DNA of 64,000 nt from the NCBI GenBank assembly GCA_041601615.1, contig JBFIHX010000008.1, forward strand, positions 1 to 64,000, given 5' to 3'. This document shows, in pieces, positions 55,340 to 64,000 of this stretch. The notes beneath the pieces are model-generated. The model did not search any database, had not been told where the DNA came from, and saw only the letters and a list, made by a program, of their open reading frames with translations. The position numbers were made by a program, and so were the translations under genes. This stretch comes from Thermoplasmatota archaeon (GTDB taxonomy: Archaea > Thermoplasmatota > E2 > JACPAO01 > JAHFTW01). How positions within the stretch are numbered: the stretch's first letter is position 1; every line of letters starts with the position of its first letter.

Positions 55340-56454
55340 GCTCGCCTCGCAAGCTGCACCCAAAATTGAATGCCCCGCTCCAGCAGAACATCGGGAAATT
55401 CATACCGGTCGTCATGCAGCGGCGGCTGATCCACGCCCGAACCGAGCCCCAGAAGTGCTCCTGGCCAACGGGCACATGCGTGTCCAAAGTCCTCGCTCCA
55501 GCCAAACGGACCCTCCAACCGCACAAGCTCCATGCCGACCGCCAGCGCCGCCTCGGACGCCGCCGTGAGCGCCCCATCGTCGTTGCGGGTCTCCGGAAAC
55601 GGATCCACCTCCGCCCAGTGCAGCTCCAGGTCCAGGTCCCCGGCGGCCTCCGAGGCAAGCTCCAGCCAGGTCGAGCGCATCCATTCCACGTCCTCAGCAG
55701 AACCGCGCAGGGTAGCCGCCACCGTGCCCCAGCCGGGACTGGTGCCGTACGCTTCCTCGCCGAGGCGCACATGGATCAACGTCGCAAGTGCTTCCGGGCC
55801 AAGCCCCATGGCAAGCCCCTCCACCGCGTCGGCGAGGCGGGCCAAAGCTGCCCACGGAGACCGCCCGTCGCCGGGTTGCGCCGCGTGGCTCTCGGTGCCC
55901 AAAAACGTCAGACGGACGCCCTGACTCGCAAGCGCGCCAGGACCAAGCAACAACGCCCCCATTGGATACCCCGGAACGTTGTGGATTGAGTAGCAATCCC
56001 GCATGTTCAAACCTGACAAGCGCGGGTCTTCGAGGCAACGCGCCATGCCCGAACCATCCTCTTCACTCGGCTGAAACAGAACCGACACAGGACGCTCGGC
56101 TGGAGCCGAAGCAAGGTGCGCTAGGGCCGCCGCCACCATCACCATGTGCCCGTCGTGCCCACAACCATGCCGAGCACCATCCCGGGCCGGAATCGCATCC
56201 AATTCGGCGCGAAACAGATGCACCTTGCCGCCGCTCGTGCCCGCCACCTGCGCCAACAGCCCGTGGCTGCCGTCGCCACCGATTCCGGTTTCCACGCGGA
56301 CACCCCGCGCTTCCAACCACGTTTGCAGCAGGTTCGCAGTCTGTGATTCGTGACCACTCTGCTCGGCCAACGCGTGCAGCGACGCACGCAACATGGTCGC
56401 TTCGGCAAGCTCTGCGGGGGTCAGCGATTCAATGCGTGGCCTCTTGGAAGGCAC
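55336..56454 (-). CDS. M20D-family amidohydrolase
   Basis: FRAELDAIP, HGCGHDGH, FQPSEE, HNVPG, G..SHAA.P, WSEDFG, LH...YEFPD; GTG start 56454 inferred from SD. Confidence 0.9.
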   Translation of the reverse strand: MPSKRPRIESLTPAELAEATMLRASLHALAEQSGHESQTANLLQTWLEARGVRVETGIGGDGSHGLLAQVAGTSGGKVHLFRAELDAIPARDGARHGCGHDGHMVMVAAALAHLASAPAERPVSVLFQPSEEDGSGMARCLEDPRLSGLNMRDCYSIHNVPGYPMGALLLGPGALASQGVRLTFLGTESHAAQPGDGRSPWAALARLADAVEGLAMGLGPEALATLIHVRLGEEAYGTSPGWGTVAATLRGSAEDVEWMRSTWLELASEAAGDLDLELHWAEVDPFPETRNDDGALTAASEAALAVGMELVRLEGPFGWSEDFGHACARWPGALLGLGSGVDQPPLHDDRYEFPDVLLERGIQFWVQLARRA

Positions 56455-56869
56455 TGCGGACCCCTTCGACACGAGTCGGGTCAAGCTTGAGGAAGTAAAT
56501 GCCCCTGTCGTCGCGCTTTGGCAAGCCCCCCGGGTAGTTTCCAGAGCGCGGCGGAAACGGCACCTGGTACAACGCCGCCTGGGCCGCCTCGATGTCCGTG
56601 TTGAGCGTGCACCGCTCGACGGGTCCGAACGCCTGCACCGACTCCCAGATGTTCTCCGACTCCATGTGGACCACCGTCAGGCACGCCTCCTGTGTCTCGT
56701 TCTCGTACCTGTCCTTGAGTCCCGGATGACACTGGAACCATGCCCGCTCGCCGTCAAAACCATAGAACAGAGGCACCGCGTAGGCCCGCCCGCCGTCGGC
56801 AAGCGACAGCACACCCATACGCGAGCGGCGCAGAATCTCCAGAGCATCCTCGTGCGGCATCGGCTCCAT
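56429..56869 (-). CDS. Pyridoxamine 5'-phosphate oxidase-like flavin-binding protein (NimA-like)
   Basis: GVLSL.....YAVPLFYG, G.K, WESV..FG. Confidence 0.8.
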   Translation of the reverse strand: MEPMPHEDALEILRRSRMGVLSLADGGRAYAVPLFYGFDGERAWFQCHPGLKDRYENETQEACLTVVHMESENIWESVQAFGPVERCTLNTDIEAAQAALYQVPFPPRSGNYPGGLPKRDDRGIYFLKLDPTRVEGVRSAFQEATH

Positions 56870-56981
56870 ACGTCCTATCGTGCAGTTTCTTCGATATTAA
56901 CTGTATCCCCGCCGAGACGGCGGCCAAGAAGACCGAGCTGCCCCACGCCTAAATATGGGTCCTCCGTCGCCGGTTCACGGG

Positions 56982-58544
56982 ATGAAAGTCACCCGTGCCC
57001 TGCTGTCCGTCAGCGACAAGACAGGCATCGTCCAATTTGCCCGCCGACTCTCCAAAGCCGGCGTCGAACTCGTCAGCACCGGAGGCACCGCCTCCCTGCT
57101 GCGCTCGGAAGGCCTAGAGGTCCGCGACATCAGCGACCTCACCGGTTTTCCAGAGATGATGGACGGCCGCGTCAAGACCCTGCACCCGATCGTCGCCGGC
57201 GGCATCCTCGCTGCCCGTGACGACCCGGCCCACGTTGCCAGCATGGAAGCCCACGGCATCTGCGCCATTGACCTCGTCTGCGTCAACCTCTACCCCTTCG
57301 AGCAAACCGCCTCCAGCGACGCGACGCTGCCCGAACTCATCGAACAAATCGACATCGGCGGCCCCAGCCTCCTTCGCGCCGCCGCCAAGAACCACCGCCA
57401 CGTCTACGTCGTCACCGGCGCCGACCAATACGACCGCGTCATGGCCGGCATCGAAGGCACCATCCCCGCCGACGAAGACGAAGCCCTGCGCCAGGAACTC
57501 GCCCTGCGCACCTACCAACTCACCGCTCGCTACGACGCCGTCATCGCCCGTGTGCTCTCGAAACGATTCGGCCTCACAGACTACCCCGAACACCTCGTAT
57601 TCGCCTTCGACCGCCGCGACGTGCTGCGCTACGGCGAAAACAGCCACCAACGCGCCGCCTACTACGAAAAATCTGGGCCCCGCAACGAACTGGAACCGAG
57701 CATCATCAAGGCCGAACAACTGCACGGCAAACAACTCAGCTACAACAACATCCTCGACGCCGACCTCGCGCTCGAATCCGTCAAGGAATTCCCCGAACGC
57801 CCCTGCTGCGTCATCATCAAACACGCCACACCGTGCGGCATCGCCACAGCCGACACCCTCCAAACCGCCTGGAAGGACGCCCTCGCCTGCGATCCCTACT
57901 CGCCCTTCGGCGGCGTCGTCGCCATGAACCGCGAAGTCACCCTAGATGTTGCCGAAGAACTTGCCAAACTGTTCTTGGAAATCGTCGTCGCCCCCGGCTT
58001 CAGCCCCGACGCCCTCGCGCGCCTTCAAAAGAAAAAGAACCTCCGCCTCCTGTCCGTCCCCGACCTCGACGACGACTACCACCGCAGCGGCACCCAAATC
58101 CGCAGCATCACCGGCGGCCTTCTCGTCCAAGACCGCGACCTGAAGCCCTACGACACCACCCAGTGGCAAACCGTCACCAAGCTCACCCCCACGGACGAGC
58201 AAGTGGAGAGCATGCTGTTTGCCGCGCGCTGCGTCAAGGCCATCCGCAGCAACGCCGTCGTCTTCGTCCAAGGCACCAAGACCGTCGGCATCGGCGGCGG
58301 CCAAACCGCCCGCGTGGACAGCACTACCATTGCCACCGTCAAGGGCGGCGACAACATCAAGGGTAGCGTCATGGCCAGCGACGCCTTCTTCCCGTTCCGT
58401 GACGCCGTGGATGTGGCTGCCGAACACGGCGTTTCCGCCATCGTGCAACCCGGTGGATCCATCCGCGACGACGAAGTGATTGAAGCCGCCGACGAGCACG
58501 GCATCGCCATGATGTTCAGCGGCCAGCGATCGTTCCGCCACTAG
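56982..58544 (+). CDS. purH: Bifunctional AICAR transformylase/IMP cyclohydrolase
   Basis: ALLSVSDKTG, STGGT, GRVKTLHP, IDIGGP, LRYGENSHQ, KHATPCG, ASDAFFPF.D, QPGGS.RD, R.FRH. Confidence 0.97.
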   Translation: MKVTRALLSVSDKTGIVQFARRLSKAGVELVSTGGTASLLRSEGLEVRDISDLTGFPEMMDGRVKTLHPIVAGGILAARDDPAHVASMEAHGICAIDLVCVNLYPFEQTASSDATLPELIEQIDIGGPSLLRAAAKNHRHVYVVTGADQYDRVMAGIEGTIPADEDEALRQELALRTYQLTARYDAVIARVLSKRFGLTDYPEHLVFAFDRRDVLRYGENSHQRAAYYEKSGPRNELEPSIIKAEQLHGKQLSYNNILDADLALESVKEFPERPCCVIIKHATPCGIATADTLQTAWKDALACDPYSPFGGVVAMNREVTLDVAEELAKLFLEIVVAPGFSPDALARLQKKKNLRLLSVPDLDDDYHRSGTQIRSITGGLLVQDRDLKPYDTTQWQTVTKLTPTDEQVESMLFAARCVKAIRSNAVVFVQGTKTVGIGGGQTARVDSTTIATVKGGDNIKGSVMASDAFFPFRDAVDVAAEHGVSAIVQPGGSIRDDEVIEAADEHGIAMMFSGQRSFRH

Positions 58545-58591
58545 GCCCCGGCTGAGCCTGACCCCGTTTTCTCCTGTTGAGCCGGGGCTTT
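58545..58591 (+). terminator. Hairpin with short T tail after purH
   Basis: GCCCCGGCT (58545-58553) pairs with AGCCGGGGC (58580-58588), followed by TTT. Confidence 0.4.
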
Positions 58592-58653
58592 CGAGACCGA
58601 CTTATAGGTTTTGAACGATGTTATAATGTAGTTGGGAAGCTATAGGATTCTTG

Positions 58654-59067
58654 ATGGCAACCACCATTGCGTTGCACGATTCAACCCGCGAGCGACTGGC
58701 GATTTTTCAGAAAAAGAGCCACCTGCCCAGCATGGATGCCGTCGTTCTCGCACTTCTGGACGCCCCACTACACACCGCCCAAGCCATCTGGTCGCGGCAC
58801 CGAAGCGCCGCCCTCGAAGTTTGCAACCGGCGGGGAATTTTGCGCGCCGTGGCATTCGGCAGCCGCGTCTGGGGAACCCCGCACGGCACCAGTGACTTCG
58901 ACTTGATGGTGGAATTCGAACGCACCCCAGACCTTTGGACCTACCAAGACATCGCGGAGGAACTGGAGCAAGCCCTTGGAGTCCACGTGGACATGCACAC
59001 GCCCCGCGGGCTTCGCCCCAGACTCCTTGCACGCATCGAAGCCGAGGGAGCGCGCCTCCTTGGATGA
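58654..59067 (+). CDS. MNT-type nucleotidyltransferase antitoxin with N-terminal RHH-like domain
   Basis: FGSRVWG....SDFDLMVEF, ELEQALG.HVD; N-terminal MATTIALHDSTRERL. Confidence 0.85.
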   Translation: MATTIALHDSTRERLAIFQKKSHLPSMDAVVLALLDAPLHTAQAIWSRHRSAALEVCNRRGILRAVAFGSRVWGTPHGTSDFDLMVEFERTPDLWTYQDIAEELEQALGVHVDMHTPRGLRPRLLARIEAEGARLLG

Positions 59068-59398
59068 AGCGGCCCACGACGCGCTCATCGACATGCTGGA
59101 GCACGCAGAATCCGCCATGGCTCGCCTTGAACATCGCGGTGTCGAAGATCTGCTCGAAAACAAGGACCTCGCGTGGGTGATGGAACGCCTCCTCATCACC
59201 ATCGGCGAAGCCGCACGGCGCATACCAGACCCAATTCGCGCACAGATGGAGCTTCCTTGGAAACGAATCGTGGGCATGCGGAACATCTTGACGCACGATT
59301 ACGGCAACGTTGACCAAGTCGCCGTAACGGACACCGTCCACAATCGACTGCCCGAGCTCGTCGCCCAGGTGCAAGCATTCCTGTCCACAAACCCTTGA
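59060..59398 (+). CDS. HEPN (HepT/DUF86) RNase toxin
   Basis: IGEAA..I, PWKRIVGMRNILTHDY (Rx4H); TTG start overlapping the MNT stop. Confidence 0.9.
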   Translation: MDEAAHDALIDMLEHAESAMARLEHRGVEDLLENKDLAWVMERLLITIGEAARRIPDPIRAQMELPWKRIVGMRNILTHDYGNVDQVAVTDTVHNRLPELVAQVQAFLSTNP

Positions 59399-59421
59399 AT
59401 CCCCCCTGCCTCCCCGCCCCC

Positions 59422-60090
59422 GTGCCCCTGCGCGTTGCCGTCCTTGCTTCCGGCCGTGGCTCGAATCTCAAAGCGCTCCTGAAGGCCATCGACAAGGGCC
59501 TCGTGGACGCCTCGGTCACCCTCGTCATCACGGACCGCCCCGGCGCTGGTTGCTTGGAGCACGCCCGCGACCATGGGGTGCCGGCGGTGGTGGAGTTGCC
59601 GCGCGAGACGGACGAGTCGCGCGCATCCTACGACGCGAGGCTCCTGCCGGTGCTTGCGGCGGAGGCGCCAGACCTCGTGGTGCTTGCGGGCTTCATGCGC
59701 ATCCTGACCCCCGTGGTCCTTTCGCCGTTTGCTGGCCGCGTTGTCAACATCCATCCGGCTCTGCTTCCCTCCTTCAAGGGTGCCCATGGCATCCGCGACA
59801 CTCTGGCTGCGGGGGCGCCACTTGCCGGCTGTTCGACGCATTTTGTCACGCCCGACTTGGACGGCGGGCCGCTCATTTTGCAAGCCGCGCTCGCGGTTGC
59901 GCCGGATGATGACCAAGCGAGCCTGGGTGCCCGAGTCTTGGGCCTCGAACACCAAATCCTGCCACGCACGGTGCAATTGATTGCCGAAGGCCGCGTCTCC
60001 ATCGACTCCGAATCGGGCCTGGTGCGGATTGCGCCGGGCGCCGCCTGGACGCCCACGGTCGCTGATGCTCTCTACAGCCACGGATTCTAG
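59422..60090 (+). CDS. purN: Phosphoribosylglycinamide formyltransferase
   Basis: VLASGRGSNL, LAGFMRIL, NIHPALLPSF.G, LDGGP.I.Q. Confidence 0.96.
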   Translation: MPLRVAVLASGRGSNLKALLKAIDKGLVDASVTLVITDRPGAGCLEHARDHGVPAVVELPRETDESRASYDARLLPVLAAEAPDLVVLAGFMRILTPVVLSPFAGRVVNIHPALLPSFKGAHGIRDTLAAGAPLAGCSTHFVTPDLDGGPLILQAALAVAPDDDQASLGARVLGLEHQILPRTVQLIAEGRVSIDSESGLVRIAPGAAWTPTVADALYSHGF

Positions 60091-60091
60091 G

Positions 60092-61429
60092 ATGTCGACG
60101 CCAAACGATGTGGACCCGTGGAGCTACGAGGAGGCCCTGGAGTGGCTGTACGCTCGCCAAGGCCTCGGCATCAAGCTCGGATTGGAGAAAGTCCACGAGC
60201 TTCTAGCCCTGCTTGGCGACCCGCAGCACGCCTTCAAAGTCGTACACATCGCAGGAACCAACGGCAAGGGCAGCGTCACCCGCATCCTAGCCAACGTTTT
60301 GCACCGCGCCGGTCAGCGCGTCGGCGCCTTCACCAGCCCGCACCTCGTTCGATTTACGGAGCGCGTCGAAGTGGACGGGGCAGAAATCAGCCGCGAGGCC
60401 GTTGCTCGCATCCTCGCCCGCATCCGGCCGCTTGTTGCCGACTTTGATGCCCGAGACGAACCGCCCACGTTCTTCGAGATCAACACGCTTCTGGCGTTCG
60501 TGCATTTCCAGGAAGCCGGCGTGGACTGGGCCGTGGTGGAAACCGGACTCGGCGGCAGGCTCGACGCCACCAACGTCGTGACTCCAGAGCTGTCCATCAT
60601 CACCAACGTCGCCAACGACCACGCAGAATTCTTGGGCGACCACCCCGCCGACATCGCCTACGAAAAAGGCGGGATCATGAAACCGGGCGTCCCCTGCGTA
60701 ACCGGCGCCGAGGCCGACGCCTTGCATGTTCTGAAACTGATCAGCCGCGAATTGCGCTGCCCCATGAGCATCCTCGGCGAAGACTACGAAGTGCTCCCCG
60801 ACATCAACGGCTTCCGCTTGCGCTGGCCCCTGGGAGAAGCACGGTACGACCTAGCCATGGCCGGCGCGCACCAAATCCAGAACGCAGCACTCGTGGTCGC
60901 CGCCGCCGGAGCGCTACGAGGCCTTGGCCACACGATTCCCGAACCATCGGTCCAACAAGCACTGGCCACGGTGCAGGTGCCGGGCCGCATGGAACAATTC
61001 ACCCTCCACGAACCCGTGGCCCCCGCACATGCCGTAGAAGTGCTTCTGGACGGAGCCCACAACGAGGCCGGCGCCGGCGCCCTGCGCTACCACCTCGGCC
61101 GCATCGACTGGGCCGGCTTCCACCTCATCGTCGGCTTCAACCGCGACAAAAATTGGCAAGTGATGCTGGACCAATGGATGCCCCTAGCGGCACACGTCTG
61201 GGCCGTGCCGCTTCGCACGTCGCGCAGCCTTGCCCCCGTCGAAATCTGCGCCTACGTTGCCCCCGCCGGGTTCCCCACCGACGAAGCGCAAGACGTTGCC
61301 GACGCCATCGCACGCGCCATCGCCTCCGGGGCCCGCCGCATCGTCCTTGCCGGCAGCTTGTTCTTGGTCGGCGAAGCACGCGCCCACATCACAGGCGAGC
61401 CCATGGAGGAGATCCGTGGCAACCAGTGA
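60092..61429 (+). CDS. folC: Folylpolyglutamate synthase/dihydrofolate synthase
   Basis: HIAGTNGKGS, FTSPHL..F.ER, ETGLGGRLDATN, EK.GI.K, HQ..NA, LDGAHN, GSLFLVG. Confidence 0.95.
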   Translation: MSTPNDVDPWSYEEALEWLYARQGLGIKLGLEKVHELLALLGDPQHAFKVVHIAGTNGKGSVTRILANVLHRAGQRVGAFTSPHLVRFTERVEVDGAEISREAVARILARIRPLVADFDARDEPPTFFEINTLLAFVHFQEAGVDWAVVETGLGGRLDATNVVTPELSIITNVANDHAEFLGDHPADIAYEKGGIMKPGVPCVTGAEADALHVLKLISRELRCPMSILGEDYEVLPDINGFRLRWPLGEARYDLAMAGAHQIQNAALVVAAAGALRGLGHTIPEPSVQQALATVQVPGRMEQFTLHEPVAPAHAVEVLLDGAHNEAGAGALRYHLGRIDWAGFHLIVGFNRDKNWQVMLDQWMPLAAHVWAVPLRTSRSLAPVEICAYVAPAGFPTDEAQDVADAIARAIASGARRIVLAGSLFLVGEARAHITGEPMEEIRGNQ

Positions 61430-63473
61430 AGCAACACGCACACACGACTCCGAACGGCCCTGGATTGAACCTCTTGAAGCCTACCGCCAGCTTCGCGCCG
61501 CCGGCCTCCATCCGCAATTGCTGGAGGGCCTCGGAGCGCACCCAGAGGCTCGCCGCGCATACATCGCACTCGGAGCCGCCGTCCAGCTAGAAGTACGGGG
61601 CAACACGCTCACCGCCACCGAAGGCACCCAGCGATCCAAGCGCCACGATGTGCTGCCTGCCCTGCGTGAATGGACCAGCAAATACAGCGCCCAAAAAAGT
61701 GAACACGGCGTGTTTACAGGCGGCTGGATCGGATTCGTCGGCTACGAATTCCTGCACCACCTCGAACCTACACTCCCCGCCCGCTCCGCCACGACCCCCG
61801 ACCTTTGCATGTGGCTATGCCGCGATGTATTGGTGTTTGATCGCGCAACCAAGCGCGTCCAGCTGCTCTGCCACGACCTTCCGGGCGAACTAGAAGCGGA
61901 CGCACGCGCCGAAGCGACCCTGCGGGCCCTGGAATCGCCGCCGGCGCCTCCTCCGCATTCAGCTCCGTCGAATCCACCCACGCCAAACGGCGCCTGGGCC
62001 ACAAGCCTCGACCAAGCCTCCTTCAAGGCCGCAACCGCCCGCCTCGTAGAACTCGTAGCATCAGGCGACCTGTTTCAGGCCAACCTCGCAACCCGATTCC
62101 AAACCCCCTGCACCGACGACCCCACAGACCTATTCTCGCGCCTAGCCGAAGCCAACCCAAGTCCCTACATGGCCCTCCTTGACGGCGGCGACTGGCAGAT
62201 TGTGTCATGCAGCCCCGAACAACTGTTTGCCGTAGAGGACGGCGTCCTGCGCGCACGACCCATCGCCGGCACACGGCCCCGAGGACAGACCGCCGCAGCA
62301 GACGAAGCCCACGAGCAGGAACTCCTTTCCGACCCCAAGGAACAAGCAGAACACACCATGCTCGTGGACCTCCTTCGCAACGACGTGGCCAAAGTCGCAA
62401 TGCCCGGCACCGTACGCGTCCCGGAACGCATGAGCGTGGAGCGCTACCGCCACGTGATGCACCTCGTCAGCCGCGTCGAAGGCACCGTACGCCCCGACAC
62501 CGGCTTTGTCGACTGGCTCGCAGCCTTGTTTCCCGGCGGCACCATCACGGGCGCCCCCAAGCACCGCGCCTGCCTGCGCATCGCCGAAGCCGAACCCGTC
62601 GCACGCGGCCCCTACACAGGCTCCGCCGGTTGGATCGGCTGGAATGGTGACGCGCACTGGAACATCCTGATTCGCACGCTCGTGTTGGAGGCAGGCCACG
62701 CGACCGTCCACGCCGGCAGCGGCATCGTGGCCGAATCCGACCCCGAGCGCGAATGGCTGGAAGCAGGCCACAAAGCCCAAGCCCTTCTGGAAGCAGCAAC
62801 CGGCGGCGACCAAGGCGGCGGCAACCGCACACGCATCGGCGAAGTAACCCGACACGGCTCCTGGAACCCACCGCCCATCCCTCCCGGGCCGCCCTTTGCC
62901 GCGCGCGTGCTCCTCGTGGACAACTACGATTCCTTCACCTACAACCTAGCCGACTACCTCGCATCCCTTGGCGCCAAAGTACAAGTGGTGCGCAACGACG
63001 AAGACTGGATGGGTGCCCTCGCGGCGCACGCGGCAACGCACATCGTGCTCAGTCCAGGCCCCGGCCGGCCCGAAGACAGCGGCGCAACCCTAGAAATCGC
63101 CCACGCCGTGGCACGCGGAAATCTGAATCTGCCCGTGCTCGGCGTCTGCCTCGGACACCAAGCGCTGGCCCTGGCCGCCGGCGGGACCGTCGACGTGGGC
63201 CACGCCGTGCACGGAAAAACCGGCACCATCACCCACCAAAACAGCCGCCTGACCGAATGCCTGCCCTCGCCCATCCCTGTCGGACGCTACCACAGCCTCG
63301 TCGTGCGCCGCGACTCGCTGCCGGACTCCTGGAAGGAAACAGCTTGGCTTTCCGACGGCACTTTGATGGCGATGGAGCACCAAGAACGACCCGTCTTCGG
63401 CTTGCAGTTTCACCCGGAATCCATTTCTACCGACACGGGCCTCGAAATCTTGCGCGCGTTTCTGGTGCTTTGA
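61416..63473 (+). CDS. Fused aminodeoxychorismate synthase component I + glutamine amidotransferase (PabB-PabA-like)
   Basis: NPSPY, SPE, PIAGTRPRG, EHTMLVDL.RND, FPGGTITGAPK, IRT, AGSGIV; then VDNYDSFT.NL, SPGPG, GVCLGHQ, RYHSL, QFHPES; folate context. Confidence 0.85.
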   Translation: MATSEATRTHDSERPWIEPLEAYRQLRAAGLHPQLLEGLGAHPEARRAYIALGAAVQLEVRGNTLTATEGTQRSKRHDVLPALREWTSKYSAQKSEHGVFTGGWIGFVGYEFLHHLEPTLPARSATTPDLCMWLCRDVLVFDRATKRVQLLCHDLPGELEADARAEATLRALESPPAPPPHSAPSNPPTPNGAWATSLDQASFKAATARLVELVASGDLFQANLATRFQTPCTDDPTDLFSRLAEANPSPYMALLDGGDWQIVSCSPEQLFAVEDGVLRARPIAGTRPRGQTAAADEAHEQELLSDPKEQAEHTMLVDLLRNDVAKVAMPGTVRVPERMSVERYRHVMHLVSRVEGTVRPDTGFVDWLAALFPGGTITGAPKHRACLRIAEAEPVARGPYTGSAGWIGWNGDAHWNILIRTLVLEAGHATVHAGSGIVAESDPEREWLEAGHKAQALLEAATGGDQGGGNRTRIGEVTRHGSWNPPPIPPGPPFAARVLLVDNYDSFTYNLADYLASLGAKVQVVRNDEDWMGALAAHAATHIVLSPGPGRPEDSGATLEIAHAVARGNLNLPVLGVCLGHQALALAAGGTVDVGHAVHGKTGTITHQNSRLTECLPSPIPVGRYHSLVVRRDSLPDSWKETAWLSDGTLMAMEHQERPVFGLQFHPESISTDTGLEILRAFLVL

Positions 63474-63474
63474 C

Positions 63475-64000
63475 ATGGACGGACTTGCCTACATCGACGG
63501 AAGAACCACAGACCTCGGCGCCGCTCGCGTGCCCCTGCTAGACCGAGGCTACCTCCTCGGCGACGGCGTCTTCGAAACCCTCCGCACCGCCCACGGCCAA
63601 GTCTTCCAACTTGACGACCACGCCGCACGGTTTCGCACCGGCCTCAAAGCCCTCGGCCTCGACCCAGAAGTGGAAGACCTGTTCCAAGAAGCAGTAGCAC
63701 TCCTGGTTGCCGACGGTGTTCCCAAATTGGGCGACGAACTGTACCTACGCATCAACGCCACCACCGGCGTCATGGAAGACCTCGACGGCCGCGACGCAGG
63801 CGTCACCATCACCGGCATCTGCAAACCCTTCAAGCCGTACCCCATGCGCTACTTTACCCACGGGGTCCACTTGATTCAAAGCCGCCGCGTCCTCGAAGCG
63901 CCAAGCCCGACCCGAGGCGCCAAACCCATGAGCTTCCTGCCCCACGTCATGGCACGACGCGAGGCCCACACCCGCACCGCCCACGACGCCATCCTCTGCA
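63475..64000 (+). CDS. Class IV aminotransferase / aminodeoxychorismate lyase (PabC-like), truncated by window end
   Basis: Read by hand from ATG 63475: MDGLAYIDG...LLDRGYLLGDGVFETLR...DHAARF...GAKPMSF; no stop before the edge. Confidence 0.85.
   Translation, partial: MDGLAYIDGRTTDLGAARVPLLDRGYLLGDGVFETLRTAHGQVFQLDDHAARFRTGLKALGLDPEVEDLFQEAVALLVADGVPKLGDELYLRINATTGVMEDLDGRDAGVTITGICKPFKPYPMRYFTHGVHLIQSRRVLEAPSPTRGAKPMSFLPHVMARREAHTRTAHDAILC

Overview
GC-rich archaeal chromosomal segment. The gene set (TBP, archaeal CCA-adding enzyme, split Kae1/Bud32 plus Pcc1, uS15-RecJ-Pcc1-SerS, pantoate kinase, PAC2, ATP-dependent ligase, DUF5611/DUF2797-like genes) points to a Euryarchaeota-type archaeon, by inference Thermoplasmatota. 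The housekeeping backbone (tRNA processing, CoA, bacterial-type purH/purN/folC/pabBA/pabC, gpmI) is interrupted by short AT-rich islands encoding orphan secreted proteins. Four islands share a GGTGA-N5-ATG start, and three of these also carry a GGCCCAATATC box. Best leads: (1) a half-size deoxyhypusine hydroxylase (DOHH) homolog with two His-Glu motifs, an enzyme not established in archaea; (2) a three-gene secreted operon whose proteins share Cys-bracketed curlin-like QxGxxN repeats, a candidate archaeal functional amyloid; (3) a lodA/lodB-type CTQ quinoprotein oxidase pair; (4) a dispersed set of small secreted 4-Cys peptides; (5) an M20 amidohydrolase-alanine racemase operon. I recognised no rRNA, tRNA, CRISPR array or transposase. 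All family calls come from motif recognition by eye, not database searches.
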